From a virus (lineage: Duplodnaviria > Caudoviricetes): a stretch of 25,588 bases of DNA. The translations under genes and the position numbers were made by a program. The notes under the pieces are model-generated. The model was given only the letters and a program-made list of their open reading frames with translations, was not told the DNA's origin and did no database searches. The stretch is taken from the IMG/VR virus record IMGVR_UViG_3300014656_000118, positions 1-25,588 of that record. One strand, given 5' to 3'. This document shows, piece after piece, positions 7,328-15,207 of the stretch (positions are counted from its first letter, which is position 1; the number at the start of each line of letters is the position of its first letter).

Positions 7328-7655
7328 ATGAGCGATTTGATGGTTGTAACGGATTTGAAATGTTGGAGTTGCAATAATCCTCTCAGTGGTGGACTTGGAT
7401 ACCTTCGGTGCTATTGGCCAAGAACAGTGTTGGAATTGTTTCATTAACGATGCTCCTGTCTTCCAAAGTGATCCTGAAGAGGAACTTGATGAAATTCTCG
7501 ATCAATTGGGTGAGGATGATGAAGACATCAGTAGATGCCAGGACGAGCTTGATGAAGCTGAAGGTCATAAATATGAATCCATAGAAAAACTTAAGCAGTT
7601 TGTCAAAGCGCACCCTGAATATAAAAAATCGACAAGGGTTATGGATTACTTATGA
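7328..7655 (+). pseudogene. Frameshifted CxxC...CxxC zinc-finger protein with acidic coiled-coil tail
   Basis: AAAGGA + ATG 7328 gives MSDLMVVTDLKCWSCNNPL (frame stops at 7447); the +1 frame from 7386 gives VVDLDTFGAIGQEQCWNCF... Confidence 0.55.
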
Positions 7656-7894
7656 ATCAGGATCAGTTTCTTTTGTGGCAAATGATCAATCAACAAGCCA
7701 TGGGATTGAAAGGGAACATTCTCTTGGCGCTGGATGCATACGCCAGGAGAACGGGGTTGGATGCCAACGTGGTTGAGGTAAATGAAGCGGATCTGAATGG
7801 CGAGGCGATTGAGTGCATCGGGTTTGAAGTCAAAGCGGTCAAGACCGTATTGCCGGGGACGTTGTTGGTTGGAAGAAATAATCAGGAAGGTTAA
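7652..7894 (+). CDS. Hypothetical phage protein
   Basis: ATGA overlap with the previous ORF; 80 aa. Confidence 0.7.
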   Translation: MNQDQFLLWQMINQQAMGLKGNILLALDAYARRTGLDANVVEVNEADLNGEAIECIGFEVKAVKTVLPGTLLVGRNNQEG

Positions 7895-7905
7895 GAGGAG
7901 AAAAA

Positions 7906-8241
7906 ATGGCACAAGAAGCGAAAGTTATCCCTATCAGTGAGTTAAAAAATTTCGCCAAACAATACGGTTATGACCATGTGATAGTTTTTGCGACTTCCGG
8001 AAAGATGGAATATGTTGCCACTTATGGTCATACGCTTGAAGAGTGTGATCGCGCTGCTCAGTTTGGCTCCAAGATGAAGGACGCTTTGGGCTGGCCAGAA
8101 AGTATGCATGCCATTCCATCAAGGGTGCATGCGTTGCAAACACAGATTGCAGATCTCAAATACTATTTGCAAAAAGCTGGTGTTTCCACGCCTTATGACA
8201 ATCGTTCTCCGAAGGCGAAACAATCAACGGAGGGGAAATAA
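7906..8241 (+). CDS. Hypothetical phage protein
   Basis: GAGGAG RBS, 111 aa. Confidence 0.75.
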   Translation: MAQEAKVIPISELKNFAKQYGYDHVIVFATSGKMEYVATYGHTLEECDRAAQFGSKMKDALGWPESMHAIPSRVHALQTQIADLKYYLQKAGVSTPYDNRSPKAKQSTEGK

Positions 8242-8981
8242 TGACCATTGTGACGATTGCAAATCAAAAGGGCGGGGTGGCGAAGACAACCTCCGCGGTG
8301 AATTTGGGGCACGGGGCAGCGATGCGCGGGCTGGATGTGCTGGTGGTGGATCTGGATACGCAGGGGAATGTGGCTGATGCGCTTGGGATGGAGGAAGGGT
8401 CAGAGCTTTATGAGTGGCTGATCACAGGCAAGGATACCGAGCAAGTGGCTCAACCCACTGGCCGGGAGCATTTGAAAATCATCCGGTCAAACAAGATGAC
8501 TGCACAGTTGAAGGTAGCTGCCAGCGGGATGGACTTCAGGGAGATGATCATCGCCAACGCGCTTCAGGCATATAAATATGACCTGGTTATTTTGGACTGC
8601 CCTCCATCGGTGGATATTCTACATACTGCGGCGCTGGTGGCTGCGGATTGGCTTCTCATCCCGACCAAGCTGGATCAGTTCGCGATCAAGGGTGTGATCG
8701 AGATGCTGCGGTCGCTGGATTCTGTGCAACGGGCAACGCGGTCCAACTGCAAACTGGCGGGGATCATCCCGACGTTTTATGACCAGGTGACGACCGAGAG
8801 CCATGCGCAGCTTGCAAATCTGGCAGAGCAATATAAGGGTTTGGTATGGCCACCGGTGGCTGCAGATACGAATTGCAGGGTTGCCAACCGGGTTGGTAAA
8901 ACGCTTTGGGAGATGCCGGTGAATGCGAGGGCAAAGCTGGGTTATGCGATGTGTTTGGAACGGTTGTTGAAGATCATATAA
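8241..8981 (+). CDS. parA: ParA/Soj-family ATPase, short type Ib form without N-terminal HTH
   Basis: Deviant Walker A NQKGGVAKTT, DLDTQGN, ILDCPPS. Confidence 0.95.
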   Translation: MTIVTIANQKGGVAKTTSAVNLGHGAAMRGLDVLVVDLDTQGNVADALGMEEGSELYEWLITGKDTEQVAQPTGREHLKIIRSNKMTAQLKVAASGMDFREMIIANALQAYKYDLVILDCPPSVDILHTAALVAADWLLIPTKLDQFAIKGVIEMLRSLDSVQRATRSNCKLAGIIPTFYDQVTTESHAQLANLAEQYKGLVWPPVAADTNCRVANRVGKTLWEMPVNARAKLGYAMCLERLLKII

Positions 8982-9009
8982 CCACGAACGACACGAATAA
9001 CACAAAAAG
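8979..9009 (+). repeat. CACGAA triplet element (9-bp period), copy 1
   Basis: TAACCACGAACGACACGAATAACACAAAAAG; related copies at 12352 and 20035. Confidence 0.7.
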
Positions 9010-9021
9010 AAAGGCAAAAAA

Positions 9022-9378
9022 ATGAACAAAAACGATAAAGGATTTTTGCAAGGCGGGTTGGATCCAGCAGTGGCGGCGGCGATTGGCGGAGGAACGCAGC
9101 GTCAAAATGAAAGGTCAATGCCGAGGCAGGAACGCGCCAAGATAAAAAAGAATCAGGAACGGCAAGAAAAGCGGAATGGAAATCGTGCTGTCTATGACAT
9201 GCACCCGGATGTGATTAAGGCTATTGCCGCTATTGCCGAAATTGAGCATTGTTCTGCAAGTAATGTGGCTGAGATCGCGCTGCGGATCTTCTTGGCAGCG
9301 AAGGTTATTGATGTCAGAAAATATCGGGTCCCGGTGAAGCATCCGAAGTTTGAGTGTCGGTTGGAATGGAAGGATTAA
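9022..9378 (+). CDS. Putative ParA partner / centromere-binding RHH protein
   Basis: Flexible charged N-terminus followed by RAVYDMHPDVIKAIAAIAEIEHCSASNVAEIALRIFL (strand-helix-helix); directly downstream of parA. Confidence 0.65.
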   Translation: MNKNDKGFLQGGLDPAVAAAIGGGTQRQNERSMPRQERAKIKKNQERQEKRNGNRAVYDMHPDVIKAIAAIAEIEHCSASNVAEIALRIFLAAKVIDVRKYRVPVKHPKFECRLEWKD

Positions 9379-9380
9379 AC

Positions 9381-9656
9381 ATGGATGAAAAAATGTTCCC
9401 AATTCTTGATTGGCGTGGAAAGTATAAAAGACTCGGATGCCCGGCTGCAGTTCCATGGGATTTAGTAAAAATGCATGAAATGCAATGCATAAAAAATCAC
9501 ATGCAAAGTGTTTTACGCCTTGCGGTCAGAGGCGGATTATGCCCTGAAGAACTTATGGCAATCCTTGAAGATAGGCCATGGTATCCGATGGATACACAAG
9601 AAGCAATTGATCATCTCAATAAGATTCTTGAAACTTATACGGCGAAAAGTAATTAA
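9381..9656 (+). CDS. Hypothetical phage protein
   Basis: GAAGGA RBS before ATG 9381. Confidence 0.75.
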   Translation: MDEKMFPILDWRGKYKRLGCPAAVPWDLVKMHEMQCIKNHMQSVLRLAVRGGLCPEELMAILEDRPWYPMDTQEAIDHLNKILETYTAKSN

Positions 9657-9666
9657 TTTTGGTTGT

Positions 9667-9758
9667 GAGGTACCGTAAGAAATTATTTAGCGGTACCGAT
9701 GGAAAAAGCAACGGCACCGCATAGAGGTACCACAAGGAAACAAGCAAGGGTACCGCAT
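9667..9758. repeat. GGTACC repeat cluster, candidate centromere (parS-like)
   Basis: GGTACC at 9669, 9692, 9726 and 9749, GGCACC at 9713, all in one intergenic gap. Confidence 0.65.
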
Positions 9759-9803
9759 CGGTTTACAGGAAGGCTATAAAGCCATCAGGACGGAGAAAAA
9801 CGT

Positions 9804-10193
9804 ATGAGCGAACATGTGTTGATTAATAAGATCAGAACGGGGCTAAGAACTTGGTTGCTAAAGGATGAAATAACAGAATTGAACCGAGTGATTTATTTAT
9901 CCGAGCAAGCTGATGAGTATAGAAAAGAAGCAATTGCTCTATGTCATAGGGCAGCCAATTCTTACAATATCGCAAAAGAAATGCATGCAAAATGTCTGGA
10001 TGTTGGCGTGGATGTCAACCTCAGATCTCCATCGTGGGCAGTGATTTGTGTAAAAGGTAAACCTGAAACTGTCAGGTTTATAGAGCTTGACCATCAAGGT
10101 GCAGATCAATTGCGAATGTTTTTGAAAAGCATGGAAGGTTCATGCATGATTGTTGATTCGCCATTTTCAAAACATTTTTTTGATTGGAATTGA
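9804..10193 (+). CDS. Hypothetical phage protein
   Basis: GGAG RBS, 129 aa. Confidence 0.75.
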   Translation: MSEHVLINKIRTGLRTWLLKDEITELNRVIYLSEQADEYRKEAIALCHRAANSYNIAKEMHAKCLDVGVDVNLRSPSWAVICVKGKPETVRFIELDHQGADQLRMFLKSMEGSCMIVDSPFSKHFFDWN

Positions 10194-10204
10194 GGAGGTA
10201 TAAA

Positions 10205-11062
10205 GTGAACAAGCGAAAAAAAGATTCGCAATGGTGGGACGATAGTTGGAACCCAGTAACGGGGTGCACTGCGGTAAGTGAAGGGTGTGCGCATTGTTAT
10301 GCGAAGGCCATCCACAACAGGTTTTATCAGAGCGGCAAGTTTGAAAAGATTGTTCTGCACCCTGAGAGGATATCCAAAATTGACAATACGAAACCCAAGG
10401 TTATTTTTGTCAATTCGATGAGCGACTTATTTCATGAAAAGGTTCCCTTTGAATTTATTACTGAAGTTTTCAGTGTGATGCAAAGGAATCCTCTTCATGT
10501 ATTTGTTTTGCTGACGAAACGAGCCAAGCGAATGGAAGAATATTTTACCTGGGTAAAAGAGACTTATTCAGAGTGGCGGCTGTTTTATCCTCTTGAGAAT
10601 GTGTGGCTTGGTGTGACGGTAGAAAACAATGATCATCGGAACAGGCTAAATGCGCTGATGAATACTCCGGCCAAGCACAGGTTTGTATCGGTGGAACCTA
10701 TGCTTGAGGCTGTGGATCTCGGGGATTACTTGTGCCGTGATTGGATTAATAAGAAGCTCACGCTCGGTGTTTATCTCGATCTAGTGATATGCGGCGGGGA
10801 GTCTGGACCGGGCGCCAGGCTGATGCGGCCAGAATGGGCACGAGTGCTGCGTGATCAGTGTGTGGAGTCTAACACCCCATTTTTCTTCAAGCAATGGGGG
10901 GAGTGGGTGCCAGACATGATTGATGAATCTGTAATGGTGAGATCTCGGTCGACAGGAATTGGCCGAAAGCTGGACGGTGTGGAATGGAATGAATTGCCGT
11001 GGATAAAAAATGAAGAGTCGATGGCACCGACTGAGGTGCAATTACCTTTGGAGGTTAAGTGA
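10205..11062 (+). CDS. Phage Gp37/Gp68-family (DUF5131) radical-SAM-like protein
   Basis: WNPVTGCTAVSEGCAHCYA, FVNSMSDLFHE, LLTKR, NVWLGVTVEN, GGESGPGAR, FFFKQWG; GAGGAGG RBS before GTG 10205. Confidence 0.9.
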   Translation: MNKRKKDSQWWDDSWNPVTGCTAVSEGCAHCYAKAIHNRFYQSGKFEKIVLHPERISKIDNTKPKVIFVNSMSDLFHEKVPFEFITEVFSVMQRNPLHVFVLLTKRAKRMEEYFTWVKETYSEWRLFYPLENVWLGVTVENNDHRNRLNALMNTPAKHRFVSVEPMLEAVDLGDYLCRDWINKKLTLGVYLDLVICGGESGPGARLMRPEWARVLRDQCVESNTPFFFKQWGEWVPDMIDESVMVRSRSTGIGRKLDGVEWNELPWIKNEESMAPTEVQLPLEVK

Positions 11063-11511
11063 TGGATAACTTTGGATTATTACAATCTGCAGCACAATCT
11101 CTCAAAATTATGGCCGAAAGGCAGCCTGAATTAAGCAATCAAAAAGAGTTCATTCGGCTGGCTGGATATCTTGAAGATCAGCTCGATGTTTCAAAAATGA
11201 ATATGGACGGCGCCGCGCTCATCCAGGATGAAAGGTCAAGACAGATTCATGTTGAGCGTTTTTCAGATGAACATGATGATCGATGGGTAAACCAAGAATT
11301 ACTTGATGCCGCTTATTGTTATTACGTTATTGTGAGGGCTGAGACTGATCAGCATCGACAAAAAATTCAGGAAAATTTTATGAATATTTACCCGCAAACT
11401 TGGGCACTTGAGTGGTGGAAACCGTCTGACAGTAAAATCCGCAACCTGGTCAAATCTGGTGCATTGATTGCTGCCGAAATTGACCGCTTGAAACGCAAGG
11501 GGGTGAACTGA
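11059..11511 (+). CDS. Conserved phage hypothetical protein
   Basis: Recognisable motif ERSRQ...EHDD...AAYCY...WWKP...LVKSGALIAAEIDRL. Confidence 0.8.
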   Translation: MMDNFGLLQSAAQSLKIMAERQPELSNQKEFIRLAGYLEDQLDVSKMNMDGAALIQDERSRQIHVERFSDEHDDRWVNQELLDAAYCYYVIVRAETDQHRQKIQENFMNIYPQTWALEWWKPSDSKIRNLVKSGALIAAEIDRLKRKGVN

Positions 11512-11849
11512 TGAAAGAATCTGCTGAACAGGTTACAAGCTTTGTGCTTAATCACATGAAACGTACGGATATGCGCCCAAAGGAAGATTTTAAGAAGCTT
11601 GACCTTGTGAGAGTGAGCGGCGGGCATATCACCGGAAGGATCATGGCTTTTGACCCGGATATGCGTTTGGCGCATGTGGATTCTACGATTGGTCCGGGTT
11701 GGTGGTATTTAAAGGATCTGGAACTGGAGTCTCACGCGGAGGCGCAGAGAGCGCGGAGAAAACCTTTTGATGGGCAGGCTGAGTTGATCCGGGTTGAGTC
11801 GTTGTTTGGGGTGCCTGCAAGGTTGTTGCATGAGGCGGTCTGTCAATGA
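11511..11849 (+). CDS. Hypothetical phage protein
   Basis: TGATG coupling; contains an in-frame CGC(A/G)GAG triplet repeat. Confidence 0.7.
   Translation: MKESAEQVTSFVLNHMKRTDMRPKEDFKKLDLVRVSGGHITGRIMAFDPDMRLAHVDSTIGPGWWYLKDLELESHAEAQRARRKPFDGQAELIRVESLFGVPARLLHEAVCQ
11731..11762 (+). repeat. CGC(A/G)GAG triplet element
   Basis: CGCGGAG at 11735, CGCAGAG at 11743, CGCGGAG at 11752. Confidence 0.55.
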
Positions 11850-12415
11850 CGGGCAGTGATCAGTCGGTCGTAAGTAATCAGGTTTTCTGGACAGGACTGC
11901 ACCGTGTAGAGGTGATCCGTTTTGCACAGCCGGTGGATGAGGAGTATTGGGTCAAGAAGCTGGTGCCTGATCGGTGCATGGAAACATACACGTGCTTTGA
12001 TTTCCTTGAGGATCCAAAAGGGTTGAAGTTGCATCACCTTTATGTCAACTGGAAGGAACGCGGGGCGGTGGATTATTCAAATTGGGTTAATAGCGATTCG
12101 TCTTTACCAGTGACAGTGGGTGTACTGTGGTTTATTGCACCAGGTGAGAGTTTGTCTTTTTCGGCGGATGTGGCGAGTACGCTGCATAAAAGAGTGTACG
12201 GTGTGATGCCATCCGCGGCGTGGGTGCGAAAAATGCCTGCGGGGGCAAAGGACTTTGAAGTTGGTGAAGGCGCGGATCAAGGAATTTTGACGCTGAAGAT
12301 TGGTGAGTGGGTGCCGGAGCGGTTTGTGGTTGTGGGAAACCCAAGTGCTATTAACCACGAAACACACGAACAACTCGAAAAGGTAAGTGCAAAAAGCGAA
12401 AGGGAAAAATCATGA
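11846..12415 (+). CDS. Hypothetical phage protein
   Basis: ATGA overlaps at both ends; 189 aa. Confidence 0.75.
   Translation: MTGSDQSVVSNQVFWTGLHRVEVIRFAQPVDEEYWVKKLVPDRCMETYTCFDFLEDPKGLKLHHLYVNWKERGAVDYSNWVNSDSSLPVTVGVLWFIAPGESLSFSADVASTLHKRVYGVMPSAAWVRKMPAGAKDFEVGEGADQGILTLKIGEWVPERFVVVGNPSAINHETHEQLEKVSAKSEREKS
12352..12382 (+). repeat. CACGAA triplet element, copy 2 (in-frame, NHETHEQLEK)
   Basis: TAACCACGAAACACACGAACAACTCGAAAAG. Confidence 0.7.
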
Positions 12416-13077
12416 AGGAAAGACCGATTTTGTTTTCAGGTGAAATGGTGCGGGCGATTTTGGAAGGTCGGAAGACTCAGACCAGGCGGGTTGTCAAACC
12501 GCAACCGAGTTGGAGATACCCAGGTAATTATGAAGGTAGCTACACAATGAGTTTTATTCGCGGGGTTTGGTGTGCAACAGTAGGTTTTGGAATGGCACAA
12601 GAAGGATATAGATTTTTCAATTGCCCCTACGAAAAAGACATGATGCTTTGGGTGCGTGAAGCTTATCTTCCTGATCCTCCGGCTGATGGAACATGGGAAG
12701 ATGTGGTTTATATGGGTTGCAAGAATGCCCCAATTTCAATGATTCCTGAAAGATATCAAAACCCAAGTCACTGTCTTTATCAAAGCACATGGAATGGTTC
12801 AAAATTGGTTTGGAAGCCATCGATTCACATGCCTCGTTGGGCGTCGCGGATTTTGCTTGAGGTGGTAAGGGTCCGCGTGGAGAAGGTGCAGGATATTTCT
12901 CTTGCTGACATCAATGCTGAGGGAACGCCATATACATTGGATCCAGCCAAACGTCCTTATGGCACACGGCGTGAACAATTTCAGCGGCTTTGGGATTCGA
13001 TCAACGAGAAACGCGGGTATTCATGGGAAGTAAATCCGTGGGTGTGGGTGATTGAATTCAAGAAAGTAGAGGGCTGA
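12412..13077 (+). CDS. ASCH/PUA-like phage protein
   Basis: RPILFSGEMVRAILEGRKTQTRR, WVRE, WKPSIHMPRWASRILLEV, NPWVWVIEF. Confidence 0.85.
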   Translation: MKERPILFSGEMVRAILEGRKTQTRRVVKPQPSWRYPGNYEGSYTMSFIRGVWCATVGFGMAQEGYRFFNCPYEKDMMLWVREAYLPDPPADGTWEDVVYMGCKNAPISMIPERYQNPSHCLYQSTWNGSKLVWKPSIHMPRWASRILLEVVRVRVEKVQDISLADINAEGTPYTLDPAKRPYGTRREQFQRLWDSINEKRGYSWEVNPWVWVIEFKKVEG

Positions 13078-13448
13078 TGAATCCGAGGGTGGCGTTTGGG
13101 ATTGGTGTGTTGGTTGGTACGTTGCTAGGTATTTTAATTGCCGGATTGGGGGGAATGGCAAAAGATGATAGTGAATTCAATGAGCGCGGCGAGTATGAGT
13201 GCAATTACAGCAGCGAGGACCCAAGGGGGATTGGAGTAGAGCTGCCTTTGGACGGTTCATTTGTAGAGACTAATGGAGAGATGCCAGTCATTCTTAATTT
13301 AGGTAAAGTGATTGACGATCAAAGTATTTACCTTATGCCAAATGATGGCTTTGATTATTTAACTCGCAAAAAGATGAATGATGAAGTGGCAAAGAAGTTT
13401 GGTGTGATCAGGTTTGTTGGTGATCCATCAAAAGCAAAGGAAAAGTAA
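13077..13448 (+). CDS. Hypothetical protein with N-terminal membrane anchor
   Basis: Hydrophobic VAFGIGVLVGTLLGILIAGLGG; TGATG coupling. Confidence 0.7.
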   Translation: MNPRVAFGIGVLVGTLLGILIAGLGGMAKDDSEFNERGEYECNYSSEDPRGIGVELPLDGSFVETNGEMPVILNLGKVIDDQSIYLMPNDGFDYLTRKKMNDEVAKKFGVIRFVGDPSKAKEK

Positions 13449-13450
13449 TC

Positions 13451-13672
13451 ATGGTCGAAGTGGTGGCTTATCAACCGGTTATTGGGGTGCCAATGTCAGA
13501 TTATTTAGATTTTTATATTGGCAGGCAGTTCCCGGATTATGAGGTGACGGTTATGGCTCAAAATGGTGTAATGCCCCCAGGTGTGGTGCTTCAGATGAAG
13601 GGCGGATGGCCGTGTGTGGTGGTTGGTGATTACGATAGCCCTCAAAAGGTGGAAAGGTTGGTGGTCAAGTGA
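13451..13672 (+). CDS. Hypothetical phage protein
   Basis: AAGGA RBS, 73 aa. Confidence 0.7.
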   Translation: MVEVVAYQPVIGVPMSDYLDFYIGRQFPDYEVTVMAQNGVMPPGVVLQMKGGWPCVVVGDYDSPQKVERLVVK

Positions 13673-13944
13673 GTGAAGAGCAAAAAGCATGGAAGTGCAA
13701 GAACGGTCATGTGATCGGCCAGGTGCGGAAAGCCGGAAACGGGATCCATCAGCTTTTGCTTTATCGCCAGGCTGTGGATTTTGAAGGCGAACCGGAAGAG
13801 GTGGATGTGATGGCCGTGGTTGAGGGGACAGTGATGGAGATCAGGAGCAGTATTTGTGATGAAGTTCGCACCTGGGTAACCGGGCAGGTGGCCATGGAAA
13901 AATTGATTGAAAGTTATGGAAAGATGATCAAGCAAACAGCGTGA
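13669..13944 (+). CDS. Zinc-ribbon-like protein, last gene of the early/middle operon
   Basis: WKCKNGH...IRSSIC; GTGA overlap. Confidence 0.7.
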   Translation: MSEEQKAWKCKNGHVIGQVRKAGNGIHQLLLYRQAVDFEGEPEEVDVMAVVEGTVMEIRSSICDEVRTWVTGQVAMEKLIESYGKMIKQTA

Positions 13945-14068
13945 CTAATGGGCTTTTTTGTGAAAGGAATAAATAATGGTATATAATAATAATTGCTCAA
14001 TAAATAAATAATATTTATTAGATACTGATTATTTATAAATAATAATGAATAGATAATAAATATTATTA

Positions 14069-14097
14069 TTGAAATGCTTGACAAAATGATGTATAAT
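14069..14097 (+). promoter_or_regulatory. Late promoter
   Basis: TTGAAA (14069-14074), 17 nt spacer, TATAAT (14092-14097), preceded by ~110 bp of very AT-rich DNA. Confidence 0.75.
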
Positions 14098-14142
14098 ATA
14101 AGTGCAGGTCCGATGAATTTGTGAGGACCACCGGAAGAGATG

Positions 14143-14189
14143 AGCGCCTTCCACAGGCTTAAACGTCTGTGGAAGGCGCTTTTTCGTTT
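14143..14189 (+). terminator. Intrinsic terminator in the late leader
   Basis: 14-bp perfect stem AGCGCCTTCCACAG/CTGTGGAAGGCGCT followed by TTTTCGTTT. Confidence 0.85.
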
Positions 14190-14220
14190 AACCGGTTGGT
14201 CACACAAAAAGTCAGTTGGT

Positions 14221-14285
14221 GATTGCCGCGCCCCGACCTACATGGATTCGTTTTTGATCAAATTTTGCGGGGCTCGCAATGACAG
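14221..14285 (+). repeat. REP-like element GATTGCCGCG...CTCGCAATGACAG, copy 1
   Basis: Same termini as 20085-20118; internal CCCCG/CGGGG stem. Confidence 0.75.
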
Positions 14286-14307
14286 GCCGTTTAGGAGGCG
14301 GCAAAAA

Positions 14308-14736
14308 ATGAGAGTAAAAAATTTTTTGGGAATTTTGATGATTGTCTTTTTGATCATCGCCATCGCTGTCATCCCTGTTAATGCCGCAGCTCCGGAGGTG
14401 CTTGCTTCACCTGATGTTGCTGTGATTGCTCAGGATGAAGCGGCTGTGCCGTCACCAATTGATGATATTTATCAGCAAGTTATCGGCGGCGGTGCGCTGA
14501 TGTGGTTTATTACCGGCTTAGTCACTTACCTCAAAAAGTTTGGATTGAAGGGTAATTGGCTAACGGCAAGCGCAATGGTCCTGGGTTTACTACTTGCAGG
14601 CGGATACAAAATTTTACTAAAACCTCCTACAGACCCCATTGATTGGTTTTTTGCCGCTTTATATGGTCTTGGATGTGGTCTTCTTGCGACCGGCGTTTAC
14701 GACAGTTACGGCAAAAACTCCAATTCGGCAGGTTAA
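14308..14736 (+). CDS. Holin-like membrane protein with N-terminal signal-peptide-like extension
   Basis: AGGAGG RBS before ATG 14308; three hydrophobic segments with ITGLVTYLKKFG and GLLATGVYD. Confidence 0.7.
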   Translation: MRVKNFLGILMIVFLIIAIAVIPVNAAAPEVLASPDVAVIAQDEAAVPSPIDDIYQQVIGGGALMWFITGLVTYLKKFGLKGNWLTASAMVLGLLLAGGYKILLKPPTDPIDWFFAALYGLGCGLLATGVYDSYGKNSNSAG

Positions 14737-14739
14737 TAG

Positions 14740-15204
14740 ATGGATCCCACTGCGGAATCCGCTATCAAATGGATTATTCAAGGCCTCCTAGCAATAGGAG
14801 GCTTAGGTGGTGTAGCGGCGTTGGTCGGTACGTTAATATCCAGGCGAAAGTTCAAAGCTGAATCTGACCAGATCAATCAAAAGACCAGGCAACAGGTTCC
14901 AGCAGACGCGGCAGCAACATTGGCAAATGCTTCAGCGACCATCTCGGAAGAATATCGCAAGTTGCTGGACGATTATCAGAAATCTACTGAAACAAAGATT
15001 TCTGAATTGAATGTGAAGATTGCAGGTCATCAGAAAAGTATTAGTACATTGGAAAAATCTTTACGGCATTATGCGCAGCGCGTTGCGTATTTGATGACCG
15101 GTATTCAGATGCTCACTGAACAGCTCACGGTATTGAAGCTAACACCATGTTGGAGCCCTAATGATTGGAAAGACGAGCAAACAGATCCACAGGAAAAGGC
15201 GTAA
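14740..15204 (+). CDS. Membrane-anchored coiled-coil protein, probably lysis-associated
   Basis: N-terminal TM helix followed by RRKFK and a heptad-rich region; adjacent to the holin-like gene. Confidence 0.65.
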   Translation: MDPTAESAIKWIIQGLLAIGGLGGVAALVGTLISRRKFKAESDQINQKTRQQVPADAAATLANASATISEEYRKLLDDYQKSTETKISELNVKIAGHQKSISTLEKSLRHYAQRVAYLMTGIQMLTEQLTVLKLTPCWSPNDWKDEQTDPQEKA

Positions 15205-15207
15205 ACC

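Noticed and set aside
9667-9758. Mini CRISPR array
   Set aside because: Repeats are only 6-8 bp with 13-23 bp periods, and no cas genes are present.
14078-14097. TTGACA...TATAAT as the late promoter
   Set aside because: The spacer is only 8 nt; TTGAAA at 14069 gives the proper 17 nt.
14140-14307. N-terminal extension of the holin-like ORF
   Set aside because: It runs through the terminator and REP-like element; AGGAGG supports ATG 14308.
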